64,000 nucleotides of DNA from Nanobdellota archaeon (GCA_038045385.1 JBBSYE010000008.1:11208-75207); one strand, 5' to 3'; counted from the stretch's first letter, positions 1 through 9,254 are shown. Numbers and translations are program-made. The notes: generated by a model from the letters alone, not told the origin.

Positions 1-384
1 AACCAGACGACTACAAGCGATATTCCGCTTTTGTTGAATAATACTGGAAATAAGAATATTTCAGATATGAATATCCAGATTAATGCTACTGATCTAGTTG
101 GAGAAGTTGATAGTGGTAAGGCTATTTATGCTAAGAATTTCTCGGTTAGTATCTTTTCAGGGGTTGGGAGTGCTTGTGCTTTGAATACAAATATGACTTC
201 TCAGTTGAATAAGTCTGATTTCCAGTATATTGCTAATGCGACTTTGACTAGGGGTAATTTTACTATTAATGATGGGACTGGGCAAAGAAATCTTTATACC
301 TGTCTTAGACTTGTTGGAAATGAATTAACTCAACAGCCTTACTCTACTCTTTCTCAAGGATCATGGACGGTGAAAATAGTATGA
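1..384 (+). CDS. Surface/secreted protein, 5'-truncated by window edge
   Basis: Frame 1 is open from base 1 to the TGA at 382-384. It is Asn/Thr-rich with N-x-S/T sequons, and its stop overlaps the next start (ATGA). Confidence 0.4.
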   Translation, partial: NQTTTSDIPLLLNNTGNKNISDMNIQINATDLVGEVDSGKAIYAKNFSVSIFSGVGSACALNTNMTSQLNKSDFQYIANATLTRGNFTINDGTGQRNLYTCLRLVGNELTQQPYSTLSQGSWTVKIV

Positions 385-917
385 TGACAAAAAATATCTT
401 ATTTGGAGTTCTTGTAAGCTTTCTTCTTGTTTCTTCAGTTAGTGCATTCGGAGTTACGACTCCTTACTGGGATGAAAATCCATTACAACTTTCAAGCGGA
501 CAGACGCATGAATTTAATTTTGAATTACAGAATTTTGTAGGAAGTCAAGATTATATAGTTAAAGCTTCTCTTTTCAAAAATGAGGGAATTGCTACTCTTA
601 TAGACCCTCAAGAGACTTATTCTGTTCCTTTGGGTACTAAAGATACTAAAATTCCGATAAGAGTTAAGATTCCTGATGATGCTATTCCTGGACAGAAATA
701 TACTATTGGAATTTCTTTTACAACAATAACGACAGACCAACCAGGTTCCTTTGGGTTAGGTAGCGCTGTTGAGACTTATGTTCCTGTACAAGTTGTTGCA
801 GAGACTCCCTCGGCTAGTTCTTTTAATGTGTCCTCTAATTTGGTATATATTGGCGTTGCTATTGTAATTGTTCTTTTTGTATTCTTCGTCTGGAAAAGAA
901 GAAAGTCTAATTCTTGA
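381..917 (+). CDS. Surface protein with signal peptide and C-terminal TM anchor plus basic tail
   Basis: N-terminus MMTKNILFGVLVSFLLVSSVSA resembles a signal peptide. C-terminus is SSFNVSSNLVYIGVAIVIVLFVFFVWKRRKSNS. The ATG at 381 overlaps the upstream stop. Confidence 0.55.
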   Translation: MMTKNILFGVLVSFLLVSSVSAFGVTTPYWDENPLQLSSGQTHEFNFELQNFVGSQDYIVKASLFKNEGIATLIDPQETYSVPLGTKDTKIPIRVKIPDDAIPGQKYTIGISFTTITTDQPGSFGLGSAVETYVPVQVVAETPSASSFNVSSNLVYIGVAIVIVLFVFFVWKRRKSNS

Positions 918-967
918 AGGGCTTATTTTTACTTAATATTTATATAATCTAAAAATAGGTAAATCTA

Positions 968-2668
968 ATGAGGGGTAAAAGATATCTGCTTTTTTTATTG
1001 CTTTTTACCTTTTGTTTATTTCAACTCTCTTTTTATTTAGCTTATGGACTGACTATAACTGGAAGAGCTGTAATGCAACAGGCTACTGTGAATATAACTA
1101 TTGTATCAACGGCTCCCTCTTTGAACATTAGTCGTCCTCTCAATGCGACTTATTTTACTAATCAGTCCCTTCCTTTAGCTTATTCTGTTAGTGGCGCTCT
1201 TAACGTGTGGTTCAACATTGATAATGGGGTAAATATTTCTCTTCCTGCTTCTTCTTATCAAGGTAATTTTAGTACTGGTGCTGGAAGTCATACGCTTTTT
1301 ATATTTGCTAACAACAGCGATTCTGTATTAACAAAAAAGAATGTTAGTTTTTTTGTTAATCTTACCGAGCATTATATAAATTATAGTGAATTCCAGGGAA
1401 ATTATTCTGGAAATTCTACAAACTTTGGCAGTTATAGTGAAGATGAACTTCAAAACTTGACTGGAATTAGATTTCAAGACATAAGGGCTGGGCAAATTTT
1501 CTTTCCAGGAGCAATAAATGTGACTAATGTTGGAGAATCTAATGTGGATATAAGCCAGTTCATAAACATTTCATTTAATCGCGTTGAGCTTAACTCTACG
1601 GGCTTGGGAAATTTTAATACTAGCGCGACTTTGTCTATTTATGATTTGAGCTTTTCTAATCCTTCTATATTAAGAGATGGCTCTGAATGTCCTTCTTCTA
1701 TTTGTACAGAACAGAGTTATTCTGATGGGAATTTTGTTTTTAACGTCACTGGATTTAGTACGTATAGTGCAGAAGAAAGTTCTTCTGATGACGATGGCGG
1801 TTCTGGTTCAAGTGGAAGCTCTGGAGGTTCTGGAGGCGGTGGCGGTGGTGGCGGAGGAGGAGGTGCAAGCGCAAAACCTACTCCGAAGATAACTGTTGAC
1901 CCTGAAACAATTTCAATTGGATTGGAACAAGGAGAAACTAAAGAAGGAGAATTTATGGTGAAAAATATAGATTCAAAGCTGAAAGATGTAAAAATTAAAG
2001 TTCTGAAAATAGAGGACATAATAAAATTAAATGAAGAAAATTTTATTCTCGAACCTGGGGAAGCTAAATCTGTGGGATTTGATGTGATTGCAAAAGAAAA
2101 TGCACTTGCTGAGACGAGAATTGGAAAAATAATCGTTTCGGCTTTCGGAGAGGCGCATGAAATCTTAGTAGCGATTAACATAAATCCGAGCGGGGCTCTT
2201 TTTGACTTAAAAGTGGGAATACTGAAGAAATACGAAACTGTGTTACCAGGAGAAGAGATAATAGCTACCTTGGATATATTTAACCTTGGGCAGCTTGGTG
2301 CGGTTGATGTGCTTATTGTTCATGAGCTTATTGATGAAAATGGGAATAGTGTTTCGAGGCAAGAGCAAAGCGTTGCTGTTGAGACTCAAGCAAGTTTCAT
2401 TATAAATCATAAAGTTCCGCTCGGACTTGAGCTTGGAAGATATGCTCTCGTAGTTTCTGTGGATTATGATGGGGGGAAGCAAGCTTCTACTAGCCACTGG
2501 GTAAATATCGGCAAAGAAGATTCTTTTTTTGATAATATTTCAATATCTGTTTCTCTGGGGATAACTATTGCTTTGATTTTGGTAATCGCGATTATCTTTG
2601 CTATAATAATTTTTGAGGATAGAAGAATGTTAGAAAATCTAAGGAAGGGCTCGAGGTATAAGAAGTGA
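968..2668 (+). CDS. Large surface protein with poly-Gly/Ser linker and C-terminal TM anchor
   Basis: 566 aa with a hydrophobic N-terminus and many N-x-S/T sequons. It has a GGSGSSGSSGGSGGGGGGGGGGG linker and a C-terminal TM followed by a basic tail. Confidence 0.6.
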   Translation: MRGKRYLLFLLLFTFCLFQLSFYLAYGLTITGRAVMQQATVNITIVSTAPSLNISRPLNATYFTNQSLPLAYSVSGALNVWFNIDNGVNISLPASSYQGNFSTGAGSHTLFIFANNSDSVLTKKNVSFFVNLTEHYINYSEFQGNYSGNSTNFGSYSEDELQNLTGIRFQDIRAGQIFFPGAINVTNVGESNVDISQFINISFNRVELNSTGLGNFNTSATLSIYDLSFSNPSILRDGSECPSSICTEQSYSDGNFVFNVTGFSTYSAEESSSDDDGGSGSSGSSGGSGGGGGGGGGGGASAKPTPKITVDPETISIGLEQGETKEGEFMVKNIDSKLKDVKIKVLKIEDIIKLNEENFILEPGEAKSVGFDVIAKENALAETRIGKIIVSAFGEAHEILVAININPSGALFDLKVGILKKYETVLPGEEIIATLDIFNLGQLGAVDVLIVHELIDENGNSVSRQEQSVAVETQASFIINHKVPLGLELGRYALVVSVDYDGGKQASTSHWVNIGKEDSFFDNISISVSLGITIALILVIAIIFAIIIFEDRRMLENLRKGSRYKK

Positions 2669-3060
2669 AAGAGATCCTTTATATTTTAGTGATTTTTGGT
2701 CTTGCCCTTTCTATTTATTCAAGTTATGTTACCAGCAGGATAAAAAGAAACATAAATTATAGGCCATTTTGTGATGTAAACAATAGAGTATCTTGCACTA
2801 AAGTTTTTAATAGCCTTTATGGATCTCACTTTGGCATTCCTAATTCTTGGTGGGGAGTAATATTCTATATTTTTATTTTTGTCTTATTGACCTTTGGGTA
2901 TTTGGAGATATTATTTTTTTCTGCAATGGTTTCTGTTTTTTTCTCTCTTTACCTAGGTTATCTGATGTATTCTAGAATAGGTAAATTTTGCTTTATTTGT
3001 AGCCTTATCTATCTAATTAATATCGCTCTTGCGATTATATCGTATAATGTTGCCTTTTGA
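2665..3060 (+). CDS. Vitamin K epoxide reductase (VKOR) family disulfide oxidoreductase
   Basis: Four hydrophobic segments. The loop has a Cys pair CDVNNRVSC followed by conserved Ser/Gly (FNSLYGSHFGIPNSWWG), and the last TM carries CFIC (CXXC). The GTG start overlaps the upstream stop. Confidence 0.7.
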   Translation: MKEILYILVIFGLALSIYSSYVTSRIKRNINYRPFCDVNNRVSCTKVFNSLYGSHFGIPNSWWGVIFYIFIFVLLTFGYLEILFFSAMVSVFFSLYLGYLMYSRIGKFCFICSLIYLINIALAIISYNVAF

Positions 3061-3115
3061 TTGTTTTGAGCGGTTTGGACACAATCTTTATAAAACATAT
3101 TCGCTTGGCTAGAAG

Positions 3116-3412
3116 ATGAAAAGAGAGGAAATTGTTGATAATAGTTTTGGCATTTCATCAGTTATCTTTTCTATATTAGGAATTTTGTTTTCTATTGTTA
3201 TCCCCTTTGTTGGTTTGATATTGGCAGTTCTTGGGCTTGGTTTTGGGTTGATGCAAAAGAAGAGAACTAAGAATAAATGGAGCAAATTGGGGATTATTCT
3301 TGGAGTTATTGGAATTTTATTAGGATTAGTTTTTAGCGTTTTAACTGTAATCTATGCGTTTAAGATTGCTCAAGAAAGCGGGGCTTTGCCTTTTGGAGTG
3401 GATTATGGTTAA
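3116..3412 (+). CDS. Small integral membrane protein
   Basis: 98 aa with two long hydrophobic Gly/Leu-rich segments separated by KKRTKNKW. Confidence 0.45.
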   Translation: MKREEIVDNSFGISSVIFSILGILFSIVIPFVGLILAVLGLGFGLMQKKRTKNKWSKLGIILGVIGILLGLVFSVLTVIYAFKIAQESGALPFGVDYG

Positions 3413-3956
3413 AAGAGGAGCGCTTGAGCTTTCTGTTGGGACTATTGTTATTTTAGTTTTAGCTATGAGTATGTTGATTCTTGGAATAGTTCTCATAAGG
3501 AATATCTTTGATTTTGGAAATGAGGCTGTTGAACTTATTGATAGTAATGTAAAGGCACAAATTAATGATTTATTTAACGAAGATGATAGTCAAAAGACTA
3601 CCGTGTATTTGCCTGGAGGGGAGGCTGTGATTCAACCTGGGAATAGATATAATATTAGATTTGCTATCAAAAATGTTCTTACTGGGGTAAGCGGTGCTCA
3701 AGAGTTTAGATATGCTGTTTCTGTTGCTGAAATTGAGCCTGGATGTCAGCTCACTCTTGCAAAAGCTAATGGATTTATAGTTCAAGGTAAAAGCAGTAGC
3801 GTTAAAATTGCTCCTGGCGCAGCTCCTGAAGAAAGGACAATTGTTATTTCTGTTCCAGAAGGATCGCCACTATGCACTTTGACATATAACATAGATGTGA
3901 CGCAAGCAGGCACATTCTATGATGGATCTTCTTTCCTTGTTACAATAACGAGTTAA
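3405..3956 (+). CDS. Pilin-like protein with archaeal class III (type IV prepilin-like) signal peptide
   Basis: The internal ATG at 3405 gives MVKRGALELSVGTIVILVLAMSMLILGIVLI: a short basic N-terminus, Gly, then a roughly 20 aa hydrophobic helix. Confidence 0.55.
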   Translation: MVKRGALELSVGTIVILVLAMSMLILGIVLIRNIFDFGNEAVELIDSNVKAQINDLFNEDDSQKTTVYLPGGEAVIQPGNRYNIRFAIKNVLTGVSGAQEFRYAVSVAEIEPGCQLTLAKANGFIVQGKSSSVKIAPGAAPEERTIVISVPEGSPLCTLTYNIDVTQAGTFYDGSSFLVTITS

Positions 3957-4009
3957 TTATTGAAATTTTTCACAGATTTATTTATATAGTCTAATGGTGG
4001 GAAAATAAG

Positions 4010-4348
4010 GTGGTTGCAATAAGCAAAGAAAATGAAAGGTGGGTTTTGAAAGCCGTTAGAGATCTTAGTGAATTTAGCGGGCTCATGATGCAGGCAGTTA
4101 ATCTTCCTCAAAAAGGTGTTACTATGAGAAGTGGAAATACTCATTATTTCTCGCCTTATGACATCTATCGCCATGGGAATAATATAAAATTTGAGGATCT
4201 TGATGAGATATTTATCGCACCACATGCAAGTAATGTTCCAGATGTACTAGAAAGTTTAATCAAGAAAGGTAATGTTGATAAAATATATGCTGGAGGATAT
4301 CCTTATTATCGGGCATGTATAAGAAATAAATCTTCCAATAAACCTTAA
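4010..4348 (+). CDS. Hypothetical protein
   Basis: 112-aa ORF in an otherwise empty gap. No motif recognised. Confidence 0.35.
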   Translation: MVAISKENERWVLKAVRDLSEFSGLMMQAVNLPQKGVTMRSGNTHYFSPYDIYRHGNNIKFEDLDEIFIAPHASNVPDVLESLIKKGNVDKIYAGGYPYYRACIRNKSSNKP

Positions 4349-4371
4349 AAACTGCCTTTCTCTAGAATTAT

Positions 4372-4938
4372 ATGAAAAATTTTGCTAAATATCGCTGGTT
4401 TTACACTTCAAAAGGAACGCTTGTTGTTGGGGGAAAAAGCGCTGAACAGAATGATTTGCTTTTGAATGAGATTAAAAACTCTGGAAAGAGATATTACATT
4501 ATGCATACGTCCTCTCCAGGAAGTCCTTTTTCTGTTATTATAAAAGAGCCTTCAAAAATCGGAGAGGGGGAGCTTGAGGAATGTGCGATTTTTACTGCTT
4601 GTTTTAGCCAAGATTGGAAACGCAAAAAGAAAACTAGTGAAATACATATTTTTGAAAGTGGGCAGATTTCTAAGCCTTCTGGTTTAAAGAGCGGTAGCTG
4701 GAAAGTTGAAGGAAAGGTTAAGAAGATTTCCGTCCAATTGGGCTTGGTTTTGAGCTTGCAGGAAGATATATTGAGGGCAGTACCTGAAAAAAGCGCTAAA
4801 GAAAAACTTGCATTTATTAAGCCAGGAGATTCTGATAAGAAAGAACTTGTGGCTGAAATAAAAGAGATTATTGGCAAGAAATTTTCAGAAGAAGAGATTA
4901 TTTCTGCTCTGCCTGCGGGGGGTATAAAAATATGTTAA
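4372..4938 (+). CDS. NFACT-R (DUF814) domain RNA-binding protein
   Basis: GTLVVGGKSAEQNDLLLNE...YYIMHTSSPGSPFSVII matches the DUF814/NFACT-R pattern (v.GkNa.qNe.l....H....GS.v.i) recalled from memory. Confidence 0.55.
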   Translation: MKNFAKYRWFYTSKGTLVVGGKSAEQNDLLLNEIKNSGKRYYIMHTSSPGSPFSVIIKEPSKIGEGELEECAIFTACFSQDWKRKKKTSEIHIFESGQISKPSGLKSGSWKVEGKVKKISVQLGLVLSLQEDILRAVPEKSAKEKLAFIKPGDSDKKELVAEIKEIIGKKFSEEEIISALPAGGIKIC

Positions 4939-5180
4939 GAATATTAAAGTTTCAAATTGGAAAGCTAGGATTGAATGAGGGAGTTATCTTGAGCTTGAAG
5001 AATGCTTTGAAAACTCATAAAATAATTAGGATCTCTGTTTTGCGGGGAGCTACGCCTAGCAAAGAAAAAGTTAAAGAAATGGCTTTGAAAATTGAGGACT
5101 CTATAGAAGGGGTTTCGACGAGAACTGTTGGTTTTACTATCATTTTAAAGAGAACAAAAGCCTTTATTTCTGAAAAGTAG
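4932..5180 (+). CDS. CRM/YhbY-like RNA-binding domain protein
   Basis: 82 aa. FQIGKLGLNEGVILSLKNALKTHKIIRISVL resembles the YhbY/CRS1 signature. It sits upstream of rps19e, as in many archaea. Confidence 0.55.
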   Translation: MLRILKFQIGKLGLNEGVILSLKNALKTHKIIRISVLRGATPSKEKVKEMALKIEDSIEGVSTRTVGFTIILKRTKAFISEK

Positions 5181-5224
5181 AGGGCTAAAGTAAGATTTAT
5201 AAGGCATCTTTTGCATGCTCAAAC

Positions 5225-5632
5225 ATGACAGATATTCGCACCATGCCTGCAACGGAATATAACGCTCGCTTGGCGATAATGATAAAAGAATTAGATGAAT
5301 TTGAAGTGCCTGAATGGGTTGCTTTTGTTAAAACAGGAGTAGCAAAGCAAAGGCCGAATATAGATCCTGATTTTTGGTACAAACGTGCTGCAAGTATAAT
5401 GAGACAAGCATATACTAGGGGAATTATTGGAGTTGGCCGATTAAGGACGAGATTTGGAGGTAGAAAGAATAGAGGAATGAGGCCTGCAGAATTTAGGCCT
5501 GCGGGTGGAAAAATAATTAGAAAAATACTACAACAGGCAGAGAGTGCTGGATTACTTGAAAAAGCTAAAGGAAGCAAAGCTGGAAGACAACTTACTGCTA
5601 AAGGGAAGAGCTTTATGGAGAGTGTGAAATGA
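5225..5632 (+). CDS. rps19e: Ribosomal protein eS19
   Basis: VPEWVAFVKTGVAKQRPNIDPDFWYKRAASIMRQAY...GGKIIRKILQQAESAGLL is a typical S19e sequence. Confidence 0.9.
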   Translation: MTDIRTMPATEYNARLAIMIKELDEFEVPEWVAFVKTGVAKQRPNIDPDFWYKRAASIMRQAYTRGIIGVGRLRTRFGGRKNRGMRPAEFRPAGGKIIRKILQQAESAGLLEKAKGSKAGRQLTAKGKSFMESVK

Positions 5633-5829
5633 GAAATGCTTATCAGAAAAAAATTACTTTAGGGACACACGCGAAACATACTAAATGGGCTCCAATTTGG
5701 GCGCTTGTTAGAAAACTTGGAAAGGGAAAGAAAAAACATCCTTCTGAAATAACTGCACAAAGAAGAAGCTGGAGACATACTAAATTGAAAGTTGGGCCTA
5801 GAATAACCGGCAAGAAACATTTAGGATAA
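5629..5829 (+). CDS. rpl39e: Ribosomal protein eL39
   Basis: Small basic protein. APIWALVRK...RRSWRHTKLKV fits the L39e pattern (vP.W...k...R.WRr.kl). It lies between rps19e and rpl31e, the conserved archaeal order. Confidence 0.75.
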   Translation: MRNAYQKKITLGTHAKHTKWAPIWALVRKLGKGKKKHPSEITAQRRSWRHTKLKVGPRITGKKHLG

Positions 5830-5830
5830 A

Positions 5831-6352
5831 ATGGCAGAGACTACGCAAAAAACAGATAGTGAAAGAAGTTATATTATTCCTTTGAGAGATGCTTGGAGAA
5901 ATAAATCGAATTATAAGAGATCAAGAGCTGCCGTGCAAGAGGTTAAGAGATTTGTTGCTAGACATATGAAGCTACAAGGAGATATTGAGAGAGTTAGCGT
6001 TGATATACATTTAAATAATGAAATTTGGCATCGCGGTTCTAGAAAACCTCCGGCAAGAATTGAAGTTAAAGTTAAGAGAGATGGTGAGAATGTTATTGTA
6101 ATGCTTGTTAAAGAGCCGAAACATCTTGAGTTTGTTAAAGCTAGACATGTTAAGAGACATAAAAAAATAGATTCAAAGAAGGTTAAGGAGCCAGAAAAAG
6201 AAAGAACTCAAGAAGAGAAGAAGGCTGAAGAAGAAAAGGAAAAGTCTGTTGCCATTGCTAACGAGAAACTGGCGGAAGATAATGCTAGAGCAATAAAACA
6301 TACTACTAAGATAAAGACTCCAAAGATAAATAGAATGGCTTTGCAGAAGTAA
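5831..6352 (+). CDS. rpl31e: Ribosomal protein eL31 with Lys/Glu-rich C-terminal extension
   Basis: ERSYIIPLRDAWRNKSNYKRSRAAVQEVKRFVARHMK...IWHRGSRKPPARIEVKV is the L31e core. About 80 extra K/E-rich residues follow. Confidence 0.85.
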   Translation: MAETTQKTDSERSYIIPLRDAWRNKSNYKRSRAAVQEVKRFVARHMKLQGDIERVSVDIHLNNEIWHRGSRKPPARIEVKVKRDGENVIVMLVKEPKHLEFVKARHVKRHKKIDSKKVKEPEKERTQEEKKAEEEKEKSVAIANEKLAEDNARAIKHTTKIKTPKINRMALQK

Positions 6353-6379
6353 TTTAAAGACAGCTCTTTTTTCTAGATA

Positions 6380-7087
6380 ATGAACGAATTGTTAGATATA
6401 AAATCTGAACTGAAAAGATATTCTAGCCCTGAACGATCTCAAGGAAGCATTCGATTTTTTAAAACTGGGCCTGGAGAATACGGCGAAGGAGATAAATTTA
6501 TTGGAGTTAGCGTGCCTGATACGAGAAAGGTTGCTAAGAAATATTATTCCGCTGATCTTGCGGATGTAGGAACTCTTATGTCTTCTGTGATACATGAGGA
6601 AAGATTGCTTGGGCTTTTTATACTTGTTAATAAATATAAGAAAAATCCAAAAATGAGAGATAGGATATTCAATTTTTATTTGGATAATATCTCGAGAGTA
6701 AATAATTGGGATCTTGTTGATTCAAGTGCAGATAAGATAGTCGGAGAGTTTCTTCTTGCACAGGGAGATTTATCTTTTTTAAAGAAACTTGCCCTATCGG
6801 ATAATCTTTGGGAGAGAAGAATCGCCATAGTAAGCACATTTGCGCATATAAGGGCTAAGTCTTATGGGGCTAGTCTTTATATTTCAGATTTACTTTTGAA
6901 AGATAATGAGGATTTAATCCACAAAGCATGCGGATGGATGCTACGTGAGGTTGGGAAGCGCAATCTTGAAATCTTAAAGACTTATTTAATTGAAAGATAT
7001 AAAATTATGCCGAGAACGATGCTTAGATATTCTATTGAGAGATTTCCTGAAGCTGAAAGGAAACGATATTTGAGGGGAGAAATATGA
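6380..7087 (+). CDS. DNA alkylation repair protein (AlkD/AlkC-like HEAT repeat)
   Basis: N-terminus LKRYSSPERSQGSIRFFKTGPGEYGEGDKFIGVSVPDTRKVAKKY, with helical repeats through the C-terminus, typical of the PF08713-type family. Confidence 0.65.
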   Translation: MNELLDIKSELKRYSSPERSQGSIRFFKTGPGEYGEGDKFIGVSVPDTRKVAKKYYSADLADVGTLMSSVIHEERLLGLFILVNKYKKNPKMRDRIFNFYLDNISRVNNWDLVDSSADKIVGEFLLAQGDLSFLKKLALSDNLWERRIAIVSTFAHIRAKSYGASLYISDLLLKDNEDLIHKACGWMLREVGKRNLEILKTYLIERYKIMPRTMLRYSIERFPEAERKRYLRGEI

Positions 7088-7905
7088 AGCCTTTTTCAGA
7101 GTTGCTCGAATTTTCTATTATAAATCTTGATAAGCCAGCGGGCCCGACGAGCTTTGAAGTTGCTCTTAAAGTTAAAGATATTTTTGAGATTGATAAAGTT
7201 GGACATTGCGGTACACTTGACCCCGGAGTGAGTGGAGTATTGCCTTTAACTCTTGGAAGAGCTTGCAAGATTTCGGAATACTTTAAGAGTAGAGATAAAA
7301 AATATGTTGGGATTATGAGATTGCATGAGGAAATTAAAGATAAAGAGCTGAAAAAAATTATAGATAATTTTATTGGAAAAATAAGGCAAATGCCTCCAGT
7401 AAGAAGTAGTGTGAAGCGAGAGGAAAGAGAAAGGGAAATTTATTCTTTTGATATTCTTGAGCGCGAAGATAAAGATGTGCTTTTTGAATGTCATGTTGAG
7501 GCTGGGACTTATATTCGTAAGCTTATTCATGATATTGGACTTGAGATTGGAGGAGCACATATGTTGGAGTTAAGGAGGACTGGCGCGGGATTTTTTGATG
7601 AGCTAGAAAGTGTGACATTATATCAGCTTGAAGAGGCAATTGACGAATATAAGAAAGGCAAAGAGGGAAAGATAAGGAAAATATTAATTCCTGCTGAAGA
7701 AGCAATTGCGGAGATAATGCCTTCTGTTCAGCTTAAAAATAATGTTGAGCAGATTCTCAAGGGCAAACCGCTTATGATTGGAGATGTTGGTAATTTGCCT
7801 GAAAGCGAGAGATTTGCTCTTTTTTATAATAAGAAATTTATTGCTATTATGCGGAAGTCTTTAGAGGGAGAAATTATAGCAAGAGCTGAATTTGTTTTTA
7901 ATTAG
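7084..7905 (+). CDS. cbf5: tRNA/rRNA pseudouridine synthase Cbf5 (TruB family) with PUA domain
   Basis: INLDKPAGPTSFEV...VGHCGTLDPGVSGVLPLTLGRACK carries the TruB catalytic Asp motif. The C-terminus is PUA-like. Confidence 0.85.
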   Translation: MKPFSELLEFSIINLDKPAGPTSFEVALKVKDIFEIDKVGHCGTLDPGVSGVLPLTLGRACKISEYFKSRDKKYVGIMRLHEEIKDKELKKIIDNFIGKIRQMPPVRSSVKREEREREIYSFDILEREDKDVLFECHVEAGTYIRKLIHDIGLEIGGAHMLELRRTGAGFFDELESVTLYQLEEAIDEYKKGKEGKIRKILIPAEEAIAEIMPSVQLKNNVEQILKGKPLMIGDVGNLPESERFALFYNKKFIAIMRKSLEGEIIARAEFVFN

Positions 7906-7937
7906 ATTTATATATTAATTAAATTGTATTTTGAACC

Positions 7938-8138
7938 ATGGAAAAAATAGGTAAGAGAGAAAAATATGCAGAGTTATTTTCTGGTCTAATTATTGGAATT
8001 GGTTTGGGTTACGGGGGAGTTATCTGCTCTTATGTGCTCCCGTATAATGTTTTGCAGATTAATGGGTCTAAGATTATTGCAGAAACTAATGACCGAATAG
8101 AAGAGAGTCCTCTTTTAGTTAAACTACGGAAACCTTAA
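7938..8138 (+). CDS. Small hypothetical membrane protein
   Basis: 66-aa ORF with one Gly-rich hydrophobic segment. Confidence 0.3.
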   Translation: MEKIGKREKYAELFSGLIIGIGLGYGGVICSYVLPYNVLQINGSKIIAETNDRIEESPLLVKLRKP

Positions 8139-8161
8139 AAGCTGACTTTATTCTTAATTAA

Positions 8162-8782
8162 ATGAGAGAATTTGTTTATTATTCGCGCACAGCGCCTACA
8201 AGTGGAAACTTCGGAGAAGATTTGCAAAAAGCTGGAAGAATTGATATTGCTATACATACAGTTATAGGAGTTTTCTTTTTGAGTCATAAGCTAAGAAGTG
8301 ATGCTAAATTGCATTTAATTTTTGCTGGTCCGCCTGATCCGACTAAACATCTTGAGTTGCATCCCGTTGTTGAAGGCAAAACTGGGGTTGATAAGATTTA
8401 TCTTGGGAAAAAAGATGTCGGAATAATCTTGAAAAAAATGCTTTACAAATATCGTGAAGGCGAGAAAAGAGAGGTCTTTCCGGGATTTTGGATTGAAAAG
8501 AAGAATTTCCATGACGTTGTTAATGGACTTGATGATGAAGGAAGGAATTTGTATATTTTAGATAAAGATGGGGAGGACATAAGAACTGTTGATATAAAGG
8601 AGAATCCTGTTTTTATTTTGGGAGACCATAAAGGGCTACCTGAAAAAGAATATAAGAGACTTGCGAGAATTTGCACGCCAGTTTCAATAGGTAAGAGAAT
8701 GTATTTTGCTTCGCAGGCTGTTGCTATTGTGAATAACGAGCTGGATAGACGAGAAGATGAGGGAAGATTAAAAAAAGAATAA
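8162..8782 (+). CDS. trmY: tRNA (pseudouridine54-N1)-methyltransferase TrmY (SPOUT, DUF358)
   Basis: MREFVYYSRTAPTSGNF...AGRIDIAIHTVIGVFFLSHKLRSD...FILGDHKGLP parallels Mj1640-type TrmY along its whole length. Confidence 0.75.
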   Translation: MREFVYYSRTAPTSGNFGEDLQKAGRIDIAIHTVIGVFFLSHKLRSDAKLHLIFAGPPDPTKHLELHPVVEGKTGVDKIYLGKKDVGIILKKMLYKYREGEKREVFPGFWIEKKNFHDVVNGLDDEGRNLYILDKDGEDIRTVDIKENPVFILGDHKGLPEKEYKRLARICTPVSIGKRMYFASQAVAIVNNELDRREDEGRLKKE

Positions 8783-8811
8783 GAAAAAAATAAATTTTAG
8801 TTTAAATCTTT

Positions 8812-9123
8812 TTAAACGCAACGACCTGCAGAGCAAGTTTTATTGAGTTGTGCACAATTTTGATTCCATTGCTGTTTATAGATTGTTCCGTTAACATTAG
8901 AACAAGCATATTCAATCAATGTTGAATTGTTTGTGCAGAAATCTGTTAGGGTGAAATTTGAACCGCTTAACTCGACGCCGTAAGTGATGCCTAATCTTGT
9001 GACATTCACTCCTCCGTCGGTATCCAAACAGCTTTGAACTTCTGATTGCTTGACGAGAGTTGCTGCAAAAGCTATTGTTGATAAAATCAATACTGCTGCA
9101 AAAACCATGACGATTTTTTTCAT
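8812..9123 (-). CDS. Secreted Cys-rich protein with a CxDTDGG domain
   Basis: The ATG at 9123 gives the signal peptide MKKIVMVFAAVLILSTIAFA. The mature part has CLDTDGG and 6 Cys. The upstream ORF extension is AT-rich junk. Confidence 0.55.
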   Translation of the reverse strand: MKKIVMVFAAVLILSTIAFAATLVKQSEVQSCLDTDGGVNVTRLGITYGVELSGSNFTLTDFCTNNSTLIEYACSNVNGTIYKQQWNQNCAQLNKTCSAGRCV

Positions 9124-9254
9124 TTTTATTACCTCCTTATAAATTTTGTTTTTTATAGAATAAATGATATATATAGATTGTTGTTGAATTTTAGCCAATT
9201 CAGAATAATTTTTAATCACCGAAATATATATATAGGTAAAAATTATATTTGCTT

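Noticed and set aside
1797-1865. GC-rich patch considered as another VR-like island
   Set aside because: It encodes a simple Gly/Ser linker (GGN codons) in the middle of a gene. No TR-like counterpart or hairpin is present.
1717-2181. 154-aa minus-strand ORF with a poly-Pro run
   Set aside because: It is antisense to the 566-aa surface-protein gene. The poly-Pro is the reverse complement of the poly-Gly linker codons.
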